Source of the DNA: Microthyrium microscopicum
Taxonomy: Eukaryota
Reading direction: 5' to 3'
DNA length: 64,000 bases
Assembly (NCBI GenBank): GCA_010405405.1
Contig: MU004244.1
Span: forward strand, 809,895 to 873,894
The notes under the pieces are model-generated. The model was not told the origin of the DNA. It ran no database searches and saw only the letters and a list, made by a program, of their open reading frames with translations. Every line of letters begins with the position of its first letter. Position 1 is the stretch's first letter. Made by a program: the position numbers and the translations under genes. Below, piece after piece: positions 35,194 to 46,253 of the stretch.

Positions 35194-35615
35194 TGCATTG
35201 TTTAGCAAAAACTTGTCAGAGGCACTAGATGATGTTCATCTTGGCACATGCAAATCGTCAGCGCGAGCAATTATCATGCCCTTCATAGTTGTATAGTATA
35301 TCCAGGGCCGTGGCGCTGGTGCCTGGACGTGCTAACCGCCCCATGTATGCCTTTGATCGCGTTCCCAGATGATTCCAAGCACACGCGTAGTGGCTTCACC
35401 AGGACAATTTAACAGATCTGATGTCGGTTCGGCCAGGCTATGGGAAGCCTCCAAGACCGCAGAGTGTAATCCGACGAATTCAAGTGAATAAACCCTTTCG
35501 TAGCCTATTCAGATGATGAACCGACAGACCCGGAAACTGCGAAGGGTACGCCTTTGGCCCGAGGTGGTCGTATGGAAGGCGCCTGGCCTAAATCAGGCTC
35601 CGAGGGGAGCTCAGC

Positions 35616-36875
35616 TCAGGTGGCCAATAAACCATCCAGTCTTGACAGAATGGAATCTTGATCCTCCTTGGCTGCCTTTCGTGACACATCCGGGGCTGGT
35701 TTTTCGGGCTTGACTGTAGCACCCTGAGGCTGAAGCATGTCGTGAAAATTCACTTCGATAGACCCAAGAATCATTTGGGCAGCTGGTAAATTTCCAGCGG
35801 AGACCAGCAGAGTAGATGCTTTGAGGAGTACCGTTAACATGGTTTCCCTTTGCAAACGTGATGATAAACGCGACGAAGTCTCAATGGTATTCGTTTGTGT
35901 TGAAAGAGGATTCTGTTCGTATTGTTCCACAAACATGGCCATGCGTGAAGGATCCTGTAGATTAGGCTGATAGACATCAAGTGTTGCGAGTAGGAATTTA
36001 AATCCCGAGCAGCATCGAAGGCGACCGTCCAAGCTAAGGAGTGCGGAGCGAAGCATTTGGAAGCTTTGCAAAGGTAATGTAGCCAATGTGCCATGTGCAA
36101 TCAGCCCATGACATGCTCCCACGAAGAAGTTGCTCCTAGACTTGTTTGTATCTTGAATGGCGGCTTGGAAACCCCCTATATCGTTAAAAGTCTTGATGAC
36201 AAAGTCGACTCCGTACAATTGGACACCAGATTCGAATACTGGCGCAAAAGAGCTCGGATACCGCTTTAATGCGTTCAAAATTGGCGCAATGCTTCCTTCC
36301 TGTAGTACGGAATAAATTGGTGAATTGTCTCCGGCGCCATGGTGTCTGACGAACATAATCTTAGAATAAAGATTCCAGTCGGTAATCATGGCAATGTCAA
36401 TCATTTTAGTAGCAAGAGACAGTTCCCTTCTTCGTTCTGGAGATATTTGCAGGCGACTCAGACGCTTGAGAGCTAGAATAAGGACCGAGGGAGTCAGATC
36501 TCCTCGTGCAACTGCGTTCTCAAAAGCTTTGGAGATGGCAAGGGCATGAGATTCTACGATTGATTCCGAGTTGGACCGGATTGGCTGGCTGAAGCCCCCA
36601 AGGACTGGATGAGTGGCGAGAGATTCGAAATGGCGCCTGGCTTCTACGAAGGAAGAGGTTGAATTGGCACGCTGTGCTGGCTCATCTTGAGAGGGAATTC
36701 TTGACGCCTTGAAGGACGTTTCGGCAGTAGGATGTGATTCATCCAAATGTCGCTGGAAAGATTTCGTGAGAGTAGCTAGTAGAGCTTCGGTTTGACGAGC
36801 ACTGAGAGGCAATTGAGGGTGGATTGCTGAAGTAATGCGCTTCATGCTCGTCATCAAGACATTTGTGGATTGCAT
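35616..36875 (-). CDS. Fungal hypothetical protein, 419 aa, possibly mitochondrial
   Basis: Long single ORF. The N-terminal IHPQLPLSARQTEALLATLTKSFQRHLD block resembles a conserved ascomycete hypothetical family; basic, acid-free N-terminus. Confidence 0.75.
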   Translation of the reverse strand: MQSTNVLMTSMKRITSAIHPQLPLSARQTEALLATLTKSFQRHLDESHPTAETSFKASRIPSQDEPAQRANSTSSFVEARRHFESLATHPVLGGFSQPIRSNSESIVESHALAISKAFENAVARGDLTPSVLILALKRLSRLQISPERRRELSLATKMIDIAMITDWNLYSKIMFVRHHGAGDNSPIYSVLQEGSIAPILNALKRYPSSFAPVFESGVQLYGVDFVIKTFNDIGGFQAAIQDTNKSRSNFFVGACHGLIAHGTLATLPLQSFQMLRSALLSLDGRLRCCSGFKFLLATLDVYQPNLQDPSRMAMFVEQYEQNPLSTQTNTIETSSRLSSRLQRETMLTVLLKASTLLVSAGNLPAAQMILGSIEVNFHDMLQPQGATVKPEKPAPDVSRKAAKEDQDSILSRLDGLLAT

Positions 36876-37604
36876 GGCTAAGATCTTTGACTGCTGTGAT
36901 GGGCACCAGCGGCCGCCTGTAGCTCACCCGACTGATACTGAGATCCTCTATCAACCTCGGAGTTCGTCAAAATTTAGAGTTGAGTAAGGTAGAATTACTC
37001 AGGCCCTTGATCTCATCGATGACCTGATGTTGAGTGTGAGGTCTGATGCGAAGGAACCAATCGGAGTAGCTTCGGCATGCTACCTTGCGCCACATCATGT
37101 ACGCCACGAGAAAGAGATTCGTGGCATTTTGCGCCCAGTGCGACTTCCCCATCAGGGGCCCATCTCACGTGCCTGGGCTGTCTAAGGCAGGAGCAACCTG
37201 GGCAACCAGGCTCTGCAGTAGAGCAGCCAATGGAACTGAGCAGACACGACAGGGGCTACAGGCAGGAGTGGCAGGGCGCGCGCGCGCTTGCTTGGTTGGG
37301 TGCAGTGGTGCTTGTGCTTGGTTGGTGACCCAGTCGTAGGCAAGACCAAACCACTACAACAGACACTTACTCCTTCTCCTCTTCTGTGCCTCTCAGCCCT
37401 TTTACAATCCTCCATCTTCTATTCCATCTGTCTCTGAAATAACTCTATCCTCTGCATGAAATCAACATAACCATTTGACCTCCCCGTTGTTTTCACGCCC
37501 TCGAGCTTCCGTCGGGAGTCACGCTGCAAGCAACCCCATTGCCCTCCCTCCTCACTAGTCCATCCCATTTCTTCTCCACACTTCACTTCACACATCCCAT
37601 CAAC

Positions 37605-40575
37605 ATGTCAGAAACGGCTTCTAGACCTGCGCCTGCGCGGGGTCGCGGTACAACTCGTGGACGAGGCGGCTTTCGTGGTAGCAATCGTCCACGCGCTGCT
37701 CACACCAATGGCGACGCCAAAGATACATTCGACGAGTCGGATCAGGGCGAGCTAGGAGACATGAAGAAAAAATACCGCTCTCAGCTTCAGTCATTGAAAG
37801 ACATTTTCCCTGATTGGGCTGATGTTGACCTTTTATTTGCTCTAGAAGAAACAGACGGCGACCTCGACCGAACCATCGACCATATCTCTGAAGGTTTGTT
37901 TTACTCGTTCTCTATTCAGGCAGCACAGGACTAACTTATACTTAGGCAATGTTTCACAGTTCTCTGATGTCAAGAAAAAGACAAAGCAAGACCGGTCTCG
38001 TTCCAAGGTTAAGGACTCTGCAGCGGACCAGATAAGCCGACCAGTGCGTGGACGCGGCAATGGTGACAGCATTCGTGGAGGGCGTGGTCGACCTGATCGT
38101 GGAAGAGGAGCTCCTCGTGTTGCCCGTGGTGCACAACATGCTGCCAATGGTACTCGCGGTGCTGATACTACTACGGCTGCTGCACCTTCAGACGCTTGGC
38201 CCGATTCCTCGAACGCCTGGGATTCGACCCCTGCTACAAAGGAATCTGCCGGTGAATGGGATGCTCCAGCTGAGACTGAAAGCAAGCCTGCTCCAGAGCC
38301 CAAGCCCAAAGCCGCACCAGCTGCTGCTTCGGCTGAGCCAGCAAAGAAGACCTGGGCGAGCATGTTCAAACCAGAGGCCAAACCAGCTCCGATTCCAAAG
38401 AAGCCTGCTGCGGTTTCCGAACCTGTTCCAACACAAGATGCTGGTGCAGTTCCCTCTAGCGACATATCATCTGGCTATGTGGAAGTAACTCACTCTGATG
38501 TAGATACAGAACCTACACCCAAGACTACCGACGGCCTCACCTCTCCCGGTGCCCCCGATACCACTGAGCATCCTACAATTGAAGTCGACGACAGCCATTT
38601 GGATCTTCCGCCATCGAAAGACCAATTGACGGAAGACAATGTAGAACATCTACCAGATAGCTCTGCTGCTCCGCCAGTTGGTACCGCTGCTAGTACTGTT
38701 GACAGCTCGCGTGGCCCTGATAGCGCTACTCCTTCGGTTCTCGCGCAGCATGCGCAACAGGCCCCGATCGGACGCCCTGCCATGGGTGGATACGCCACAA
38801 CAGCTTTGAAAGCTACGAGTTCTCAAAGTCGGTCAGCTAGCTTCCAGCGCCGATTGTTGGAGCAGCAAGAGGCGGTGGTCATGCCTGGTAATCATGCTGT
38901 AGATCGTGCAGCAGTACAATTTGGTAGCCTTGGACTAAATGGTGATGTGAACTCTCTAGATGTTGATGAAGATCGCGAGGAGGCTGAAACCAGAGCACAA
39001 CCTGACCAACACTCTCCAGTTGCTCAGCCCAAGATAGCCCTTCCTCCGGCACCACGACAGGATGCACCAGCCCAAGAGTCTAGTGCTACCAAAGGACCGC
39101 CACCAGGACTACCACCGGTTGCGCAACAATCCATGAACCAACAATCCAATTCTCCACTAGCATCGCAATCGATTGGCCAGCAGAGCCAGGCCAGTCAAGG
39201 TTACAATCATTTTGGACGATTTGGACAGTCAAACGATACCGCGAACCAGAAGTCCTACGATCCATTTGGCCAACAACAACCATCTCAACAAACAGCTTTC
39301 GACTCTTATTCCGCCCAAACTCAAGCTCCGGGCCAGCAGCAACAACCCACTGCTTCCCAATTGGGAGCTTTCTCCTCATCCACAAACGATTACCCCAACT
39401 ACTACACTTCTGACCAGCAACGCGCCTATCAATATTACGGCGGCTATGGACAGCAAAACGCTGCTTCACAACAGGAAGCTGGTGCTGCTCAACAGCGAAC
39501 TGGCAGCGCATTTGGGGCTGCGGCTGACTCGGCTTTCCCATCAAGCCAGTCACAACAGGTACGATTTGACAGTTCTTCTCGTGGCTGGCCAAATATGGCT
39601 GGGCACATGGTGAACAAAAATTCCGCTACGGCATTTGAAGATGTTCTTATTAAGCAAAATCCTGACTCTTTGCAACAGCAACCAAGTCGTTTCAGTGAGA
39701 ACCAACAGAGCGGTCACAACACTCCTAATCAGACTGCCACGGCTGCGGGACAACATGCCAGCGGACACTCGCAGCAACCCATGCACCAACAGTCGCATAA
39801 TCAGCAAGGTGCTTATCCTTACAACGCCCCGTATTACAACCAACCATATTATGCGGCATATATGAACCAGCAGTATCAAGGCTATAATCAGCAAGGATTC
39901 GGTGGCCCATTTGGAAAAGGTGGAATGTATGGTGGCCATCCACAACATGGAGGATATGGAATGCCCCAATCAACCTTTGACCAACATTCATCATCCCCTG
40001 CCATGGCTGGTAGCTTTGGACGGGAAGCAGGTCTTGGTGCTGGTCTAGGATCCGAGTATACTCGATCTGGCTCAACACAGCCCTCGCAAACCCAGTCCGG
40101 TTCTTTCGGTAACACTCCGGACGCCTTTGGACGATCTCCAGGAAGCTTCCCAGGCCAAACTCAGCAGTATGGACAGCAAGGTGTGGGACAGCAACCAAGT
40201 GAAGACTCACTGAAGCCATTTGGTGAAAAGTCCAACTCTGGACCAGCTAGTGGCTCTATCGGTCAGCCCGGTCGTCCCACATCTGCTACCAACAACTCGG
40301 CTCAAGGTGGACACGGCGGACTACCGCCACCGCAATCCCAGCAAGGATTTGGAGGTTATCCCAGCCAGTTTAGTGGCCAAGTGCAAGGCGGTCAAGCTTC
40401 ACAGTATGGAAGCCTTGGAGGACTTGGTGGCCATCAACAGCAACAACAAGGTGCTGCCCAGCAGAGCCACCAACAAGGATCTCAGTATGCAGGATATGGA
40501 GCTGGCTTTGGAAACAGCTACCAGCAACAAAACTATGGTGCACGAGGAGGTTGGGGTGGAAACTATGGTCATTAA
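37605..40575 (+). CDS. DEF1: RNA polymerase II degradation factor 1 (CUE domain, Q/G/Y-rich C-terminus)
   Basis: RGRG N-terminus; CUE domain LKDIFPDWADVDLLFALEETDGDL; EQQEAVVMPGNHAVDRAAVQFGS. Intron 37894-37945 and probable intron 39559-39678. Confidence 0.9.
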
Positions 40576-41389
40576 TCTTGCATTGATGTGTTTCTCCTTA
40601 AAGAAAGAGTTGGGATGGACTAGAACAAGGGAAATATGAGACTAACCTGATCCAAAAAAATGCCTTATCAAGATAATGTATCATGCACAAAAATAGGAAC
40701 GTGCTAGGTTTGGAACTTTACTGTTTTTGCTTTCTCTCTTCTCTCCATTGGTTTCTTATCTTCTTCGCTATCTTGTTGCTCCTTTCTCTCGGTCGGTGTT
40801 GTGCTTGGTTATTTGTTCCGCATAGGGTGGTTTCGGCTCACTACTTGCTCTCCTTTTCGTCACACTCATTATCGTCACGCCTACCGGATGGCTACTAGGG
40901 ATCTTTCATGACATTATTATTCAAACGTTGAAGTAGGGGTTATTGGTGGACTTTAGCGGTGGGAAATGTTGGGCTCATTTAAATGTGTCAGTAGAAATGC
41001 CTGGGACTCGAGAGGATTCAATTAGCAGATTGAGCACGAAGAAAATCAGACCAGATTGGATGTGTAAGGATAGTTGTGATGGATTTGCTCAGCTGGAAAA
41101 TACAAGTTCATTGCTGACATGTTGTCTTTGATTGCAGTGAAAATAGAATGATTTTGGAATAATTGCTTTTGTAACCCCTGAATGAATGGCAACAACAGAA
41201 TGAGGCCGCCGCTTTTTTATATCCAGAATAATCTCGTCGCGTGTTAATGCCAATCACCATCAATCCTCCACCTTCCACCTCACTTCTTACAATACGCACA
41301 GAGATCGACCAACAGTCCTCACCATCCATCCCATCCATGATACAGCAATCTCAATAACCCAATCTCCCTCCTCGACCACAGCAGCCACA

Positions 41390-42490
41390 ATGGCCCGCTC
41401 CTCCGCCGCAACATCCCGTCAACGTCCATCAACCAACAAATCCACCCTCAACACACCGCCCGAACCCCTCGAATCTGCCCCCGAATCTCTCAAACCCTTC
41501 CTTGCCACCCTCTCAAAATCCAGCGTCTACATAACCCACATCGACCCGCACCCAGCCTCCTTCAAACGGCAGATCTTCGCAGTGCCAGTTCTCCTAAACA
41601 TTCTCTTCCTCGTCTTCCTGGCAGCCCGCGCAGCATACATCCTCCCGTGGTACACATCCGCTCTAAAATTCCTCATAACCCTCGATGAGCCCGCCATCCG
41701 CTCCATGTATGCCGGCGGTATCAAATCACTGCTTATACGGGAAATTCGGCACTTTGTAACCGTGTTGCTTGACTACGCACTCATCGCGATAGTCCTACCA
41801 TGGCCATGGAGTTTCTTCTTCGCACGGCCAGGCAATCCAATCGCGTGGCGCTGGCATGTAGGATTCAAGGATAAGGAGTTGGTAGTGCGTGTCAGTCGCG
41901 ACTGGAGTGCGGAAGATTTGGTTGGTGGCGAGAAGAAGGGAGGGGAAAGCGCGTTTTGGAAGACGAGGGTTATGGCGGCGGTGCAGATGGATGTTATTGG
42001 GAAGACGGGATATTTGCTCATGGGGAAGGATTGGGATTTGGACTTTGCGGGCATGGTGGTTGGGCAGAAGATGGTTGATGAGAAGGGTGGGATTAAGATG
42101 GATGAGGTTAATGGGAAGTTGTGGTGTTGGTGGACGCCGAAGGTTGGGGCGGGTGAGTGGGTGGTTTGGGACTTTAGGAGGGATTTGTATGGGGTTAAGG
42201 AGGATGCTGAGGCTGGTGCTGAACGGGAGGTTGGTGATGTTGATGAGGGAAGACGTATGATTATGAAGTTTAAGGATAAATTGGAAGAGATGGGTAAGGA
42301 GGAGCTTTTCTATAAATGGGTTGAATTGATTCAGTGGGAGAGTTCAAGACCGGGTGGATTTACGAAGGAAAGACAGATTGAAGCTGGGCAGAAGGTCAAG
42401 GAGCTGTTTGATCAGTATCAAGTCGACTTTGAGGAATTCGAACAGTCGGTTGGCATTCAAGATGGAAGATTGGTGGAGGAGGTTGATTAG
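41390..42490 (+). CDS. Conserved fungal hypothetical membrane protein, 366 aa
   Basis: Two hydrophobic segments; blocks VYITHID.HP..FKRQIFAVP, KTGYLLMGKDWDLDF and GKEELFYKWVELIQWES. Confidence 0.8.
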   Translation: MARSSAATSRQRPSTNKSTLNTPPEPLESAPESLKPFLATLSKSSVYITHIDPHPASFKRQIFAVPVLLNILFLVFLAARAAYILPWYTSALKFLITLDEPAIRSMYAGGIKSLLIREIRHFVTVLLDYALIAIVLPWPWSFFFARPGNPIAWRWHVGFKDKELVVRVSRDWSAEDLVGGEKKGGESAFWKTRVMAAVQMDVIGKTGYLLMGKDWDLDFAGMVVGQKMVDEKGGIKMDEVNGKLWCWWTPKVGAGEWVVWDFRRDLYGVKEDAEAGAEREVGDVDEGRRMIMKFKDKLEEMGKEELFYKWVELIQWESSRPGGFTKERQIEAGQKVKELFDQYQVDFEEFEQSVGIQDGRLVEEVD

Positions 42491-42508
42491 TAGATGTCAA
42501 TATAACTA

Positions 42509-44053
42509 TCAACCTATGGGTTCGCCAGTTACTTTGAACAGAAAGCTTCCGCTACCTGGCTTGCTGACTACTATCGCCTCTTCCAGTTTCGCATCGTCCA
42601 TGTCAGGGAATTTCTTTCGATAGTACTTGTCAATCCACGCCTTTTTGACACCCTCGACTTTCTCTTTAGGCACCAGATGGACACTGCATCCTCCCCATCC
42701 AGCACCTGTCAGTCGGCTTCCATAAGAACCAGCACTGCGAGCTAATTGACAGAGTTCGTCGAGCTCTGGACAACTACATTCGTAGATATCGCGGCAAGAG
42801 TCTTGAGTGTCATTCATCAACGTCCCAAGTTCCTTTAGCAAATCGCCATCCGAAGGAGGATCCGAGAGAAGTTTTCGGAATTTGAGCACTCGTCCCGCTT
42901 CGTTGAACACATGTAGCGCTCGTTGCCGGAGCTTGAATGTCTCGGTCCGTACTGGAAATTTCGACATGTACTTGTCATTGAGTTCGTCAACACTCAGATC
43001 CAGAATGAAGCCAATCTGTTCTCTGGTATATCCCTCCTCCTGCGGAAGATAGTCCTCAACCAACGTGACTAGCGTCGCTAATTGTGCCTGAAACTCGACA
43101 ATGGAGGTCTTCTTATTATCCTCAACCCCTTCCTTTTGCTCGGCATATGCATCGTGGAACCCCCTCAGGCTCGTCCCAAGCGGCGAAGCGTCCTTGGCTA
43201 GTCCCTTCTTGAGCGCAAATATCTTCGCCAGAACCGCTGCCGCAAGCGTACACTCCACCACTCGCAGATTATAACATACCGGTCCACTAGTATGTTTATC
43301 TGCTGCCACGAAACTCTGTGCAATGACAAACACAAGCTCAGTCCCCGTGTCCGGAAACTTGACCGGGGTGGCCGTCAACGATGGCAGAAATGACACATAC
43401 GTAGCCGCGCCCGCAATCGAGAATACTGAAGCAGACTGATCCATACCACCACTATTGACGCCCACCGCTCGCTCCGACGTAATAGCCAGCTCACACAGCT
43501 CCGTCTTGTCAATACTCGACTGGCCATTTGCAACCATCGCCGCAAGCGCACTTGAACATGTAAAGGCCGCACTACTAGATAATCCACCACCAGCAGGCAC
43601 CGTGCCATCGACGAGAACCTGCATGCCCGCCAGCGGACCTGTTTTGCCCTTCTTCTTCAGTAATTCTGACGCACCGGACAAGCCAGCTTTGAAATAGTTG
43701 CTCCATTCCAGACTTGAAGCGTCAATCTCTACCTTTCCATCATCCGGTACATCGAATTCTCTTGCAGGGAAACGGTCTTGTGTGTTGGTGATGGTGAAGT
43801 GAGACTTGTCTGGGACGATGGCGACGGCCATGAGCACGTCGGCGGTGATGGCCATGGGTAGCACTTCATAGAGTGAGTAGTCGATGTGCTCTCCAATGAT
43901 GTTGACGCGGCCGGGACTTCTGGCTACGAATTCGGCTGGTCGGTTGTAGACTTGTTGGAATTTGGTGAGAAGGGATTGCCATCTTTTGGTTTGGGTGGTG
44001 ATGGCGTCTTCGGGGTAGATGTCCTTGAGGGAGGTGGCGGTTGGGACTTCCAT
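42509..44053 (-). CDS. GAL1: Galactokinase
   Basis: ARSPGRVNIIGEHIDY, GGLSSSAA, GGMDQ and GSRLTGAGWGG. Confidence 0.96.
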   Translation of the reverse strand: MEVPTATSLKDIYPEDAITTQTKRWQSLLTKFQQVYNRPAEFVARSPGRVNIIGEHIDYSLYEVLPMAITADVLMAVAIVPDKSHFTITNTQDRFPAREFDVPDDGKVEIDASSLEWSNYFKAGLSGASELLKKKGKTGPLAGMQVLVDGTVPAGGGLSSSAAFTCSSALAAMVANGQSSIDKTELCELAITSERAVGVNSGGMDQSASVFSIAGAATYVSFLPSLTATPVKFPDTGTELVFVIAQSFVAADKHTSGPVCYNLRVVECTLAAAVLAKIFALKKGLAKDASPLGTSLRGFHDAYAEQKEGVEDNKKTSIVEFQAQLATLVTLVEDYLPQEEGYTREQIGFILDLSVDELNDKYMSKFPVRTETFKLRQRALHVFNEAGRVLKFRKLLSDPPSDGDLLKELGTLMNDTQDSCRDIYECSCPELDELCQLARSAGSYGSRLTGAGWGGCSVHLVPKEKVEGVKKAWIDKYYRKKFPDMDDAKLEEAIVVSKPGSGSFLFKVTGEPIG

Positions 44054-44396
44054 GATGACAATGTGTTTAAGTGGTTTCCAAGCTTTTTCAAATATTACAA
44101 GTATTTAAAATCGTTTCGGGCTGGAAGAGGAGAGCGATGCGACTTGGATGCAATGAAGTTGTGGTGGTTTTATGCCCCACCTTCGTGTCGTTGGTGAATC
44201 CTGGATGTTGAAGAGGTTGAGTTCAACGCTCAGCGCCTCGATATTTACAATTACTCATGTGTGTGAGATCTTGTGAGATAACCGGTAAGCCCAATTTCAA
44301 GCGGTAAGTTATGGGAATGCCGGATATTCCGTTAACAGATCTCTGCTACGAAGAAAAAATCGGTATACTTTTTGACTTTCAAGCAACAGATCCCTC

Positions 44397-45354
44397 TCAT
44401 CCTTGCGCATCCAAATCAACCTCCGAATCCTTCAAGCCGCATACCTCCCTTACCCAATTTTGCCCTTGGTCCCATAACGGTATGAAAGGAAAGTAGCCTT
44501 CTACTCTCGAGTCTCTGAAAGAACGTATACCATCGCGAAACCCTATCTTTGTGGTGCGATTATATACTTGTTGAATATGAGAGCCAACTTGTGCCTTCCA
44601 TCTATATTTGTCCGTTAAAGGCCACCTCTCAACAGAATCAGACTTGTCCCAAAACCAGTAGGGTCCGAGTCCTCGATCCAATGAACGAGGAACTAAACAG
44701 ACCAAACGCACGAATTCGTGCACAATCAGTAACTGATGCAGTGGGATAGCTTCGATCGTCGCCCATAGGTCAGTGAGATCTAGTTTCCACAATCCCCAGC
44801 TTTGATAGTATGCTCTTATGAAACGGATGCGCTCTGTAGGTGTCAACTCTTTTGGGGGATGGGAGCACCGCGAGTCGTGTACAGATAATGACCAATATCG
44901 CTCCTCAGGTGGATATGAAAAAAGCTTTTCTCCCACTTCAGGTTGATTAATCACTAGACGAAGAATTGGATTGGTGTTACTCACGTATTGCCTCACATGA
45001 GACGTCTCTTTCAAAGATCAAAACTGCTTTCTCAGCCATCTGCGCGTTCCGCGAAATATGGCGGACATCATCAACAGACACGTCAAAGCCTTGGATTGGA
45101 ATACCAGATTGAATTCCTCGAAGAATTCTTGCATCTCTCTCGCATTGGACAACCCTTGGCCCAAGAAAGCGGTATATATGGGCAAGGTTCTTGGTCCAAA
45201 TGCCGTTCATGGAACGACATGTTGCGGCGAGGGCAAAGGCATCAGATAGGGAGTTGAGATGACCGAAAATGCTGATGGTCAACTCGAGAGGAAGTCTCTC
45301 GAAAGCATGCCTAGACCCTTGCACAACTGGCTGTGTATGTTGTTGAATGCTCAT
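44397..45354 (-). CDS. F-box domain protein, 2 exons
   Basis: F-box FERLPLELTISIFGHL..LAATCR. Intron 44984-44936 (GTGAGT..GAAG) joins the two ORFs in frame; LTPTERIRFIRAYY. Confidence 0.8.
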
Positions 45355-46253
45355 TTTGTGTGATATTAATGCTTCCTGTATTCATCGGAAAGATGTACAC
45401 AGCCCGCGAGGTATCGTGGCGAATGCTATTTTGGCGAGACCAAACAGCAGCGTGCTCTTTACAGTCTTCTGTAGGACCGAAAGGACCTATAGCTCTGCTC
45501 TGCGATATGTCAGCCCTATACGCTATAGTATTGTGTGCAAGAAGGCTGTGGCTGGAGTTGATAATCGACAGTCAACCTCGACATCTCCAGCGACTTCGAT
45601 GAAAGCTTACCCTGCTCCGAATGTGATATCGCAGTTAGGTACCTACCCTGTCTACGTGCATTGACAGGTATGCATTCACCAATAACGAAGCAGTTTCTCG
45701 CCGCCCAAAAAGAATAGGTCCCAGGTAGATGTTGACCGGATCGTCAGTTGGCAACTTGGGGGGGCGGTGCCTAAATCCTACATGCTTAATAAGGCGATCT
45801 CTGGAAAGTGGTGGGATATGATTGGCCAGAACATGAGAGTTCAGCCTAATGACTTTTAGCCTCGCGGGAAGAAAAAGTCGACTAACGCATTTGTGTAACT
45901 CTGCTCCAATAGCCTGTCAAACCTGTGTACTTTATGTGCTCTAGTTTTCAGGCAGATATGCTGCGCTGACTGGTTCCTGCATGGCCAAAATGGTGTGGTT
46001 CAAGGCGCTCTAGAAATCCCATACTGGCTCTGATCAACGTGGGATATAAAAAGATTCGATAATCTCCCTTCAAATACTCATAAGCTCATCGTTGGTTTTC
46101 CTCACTGCTCTTTTGCAAATCCTCGGATTGTGTTCATCGCTTTCAACCTCAAAGCTATCTCAAAGCCTCCCCATTCTTTTAACTGTCACAACTCATAAGT
46201 TGCTCAGCCTCCCACCTACCCTAGTGTTCTCCTGAATTGAACCTAACATCAAT

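Noticed and set aside
35368..35422. ATGAT...CTGA segment as a possible box C/D snoRNA
   Set aside because: Degenerate C box, no terminal stem, and no rRNA or snRNA complement I could identify.
37275..37288. (GC)n run in the DEF1 divergent promoter (Z-DNA potential)
   Set aside because: Too short to support a functional claim.
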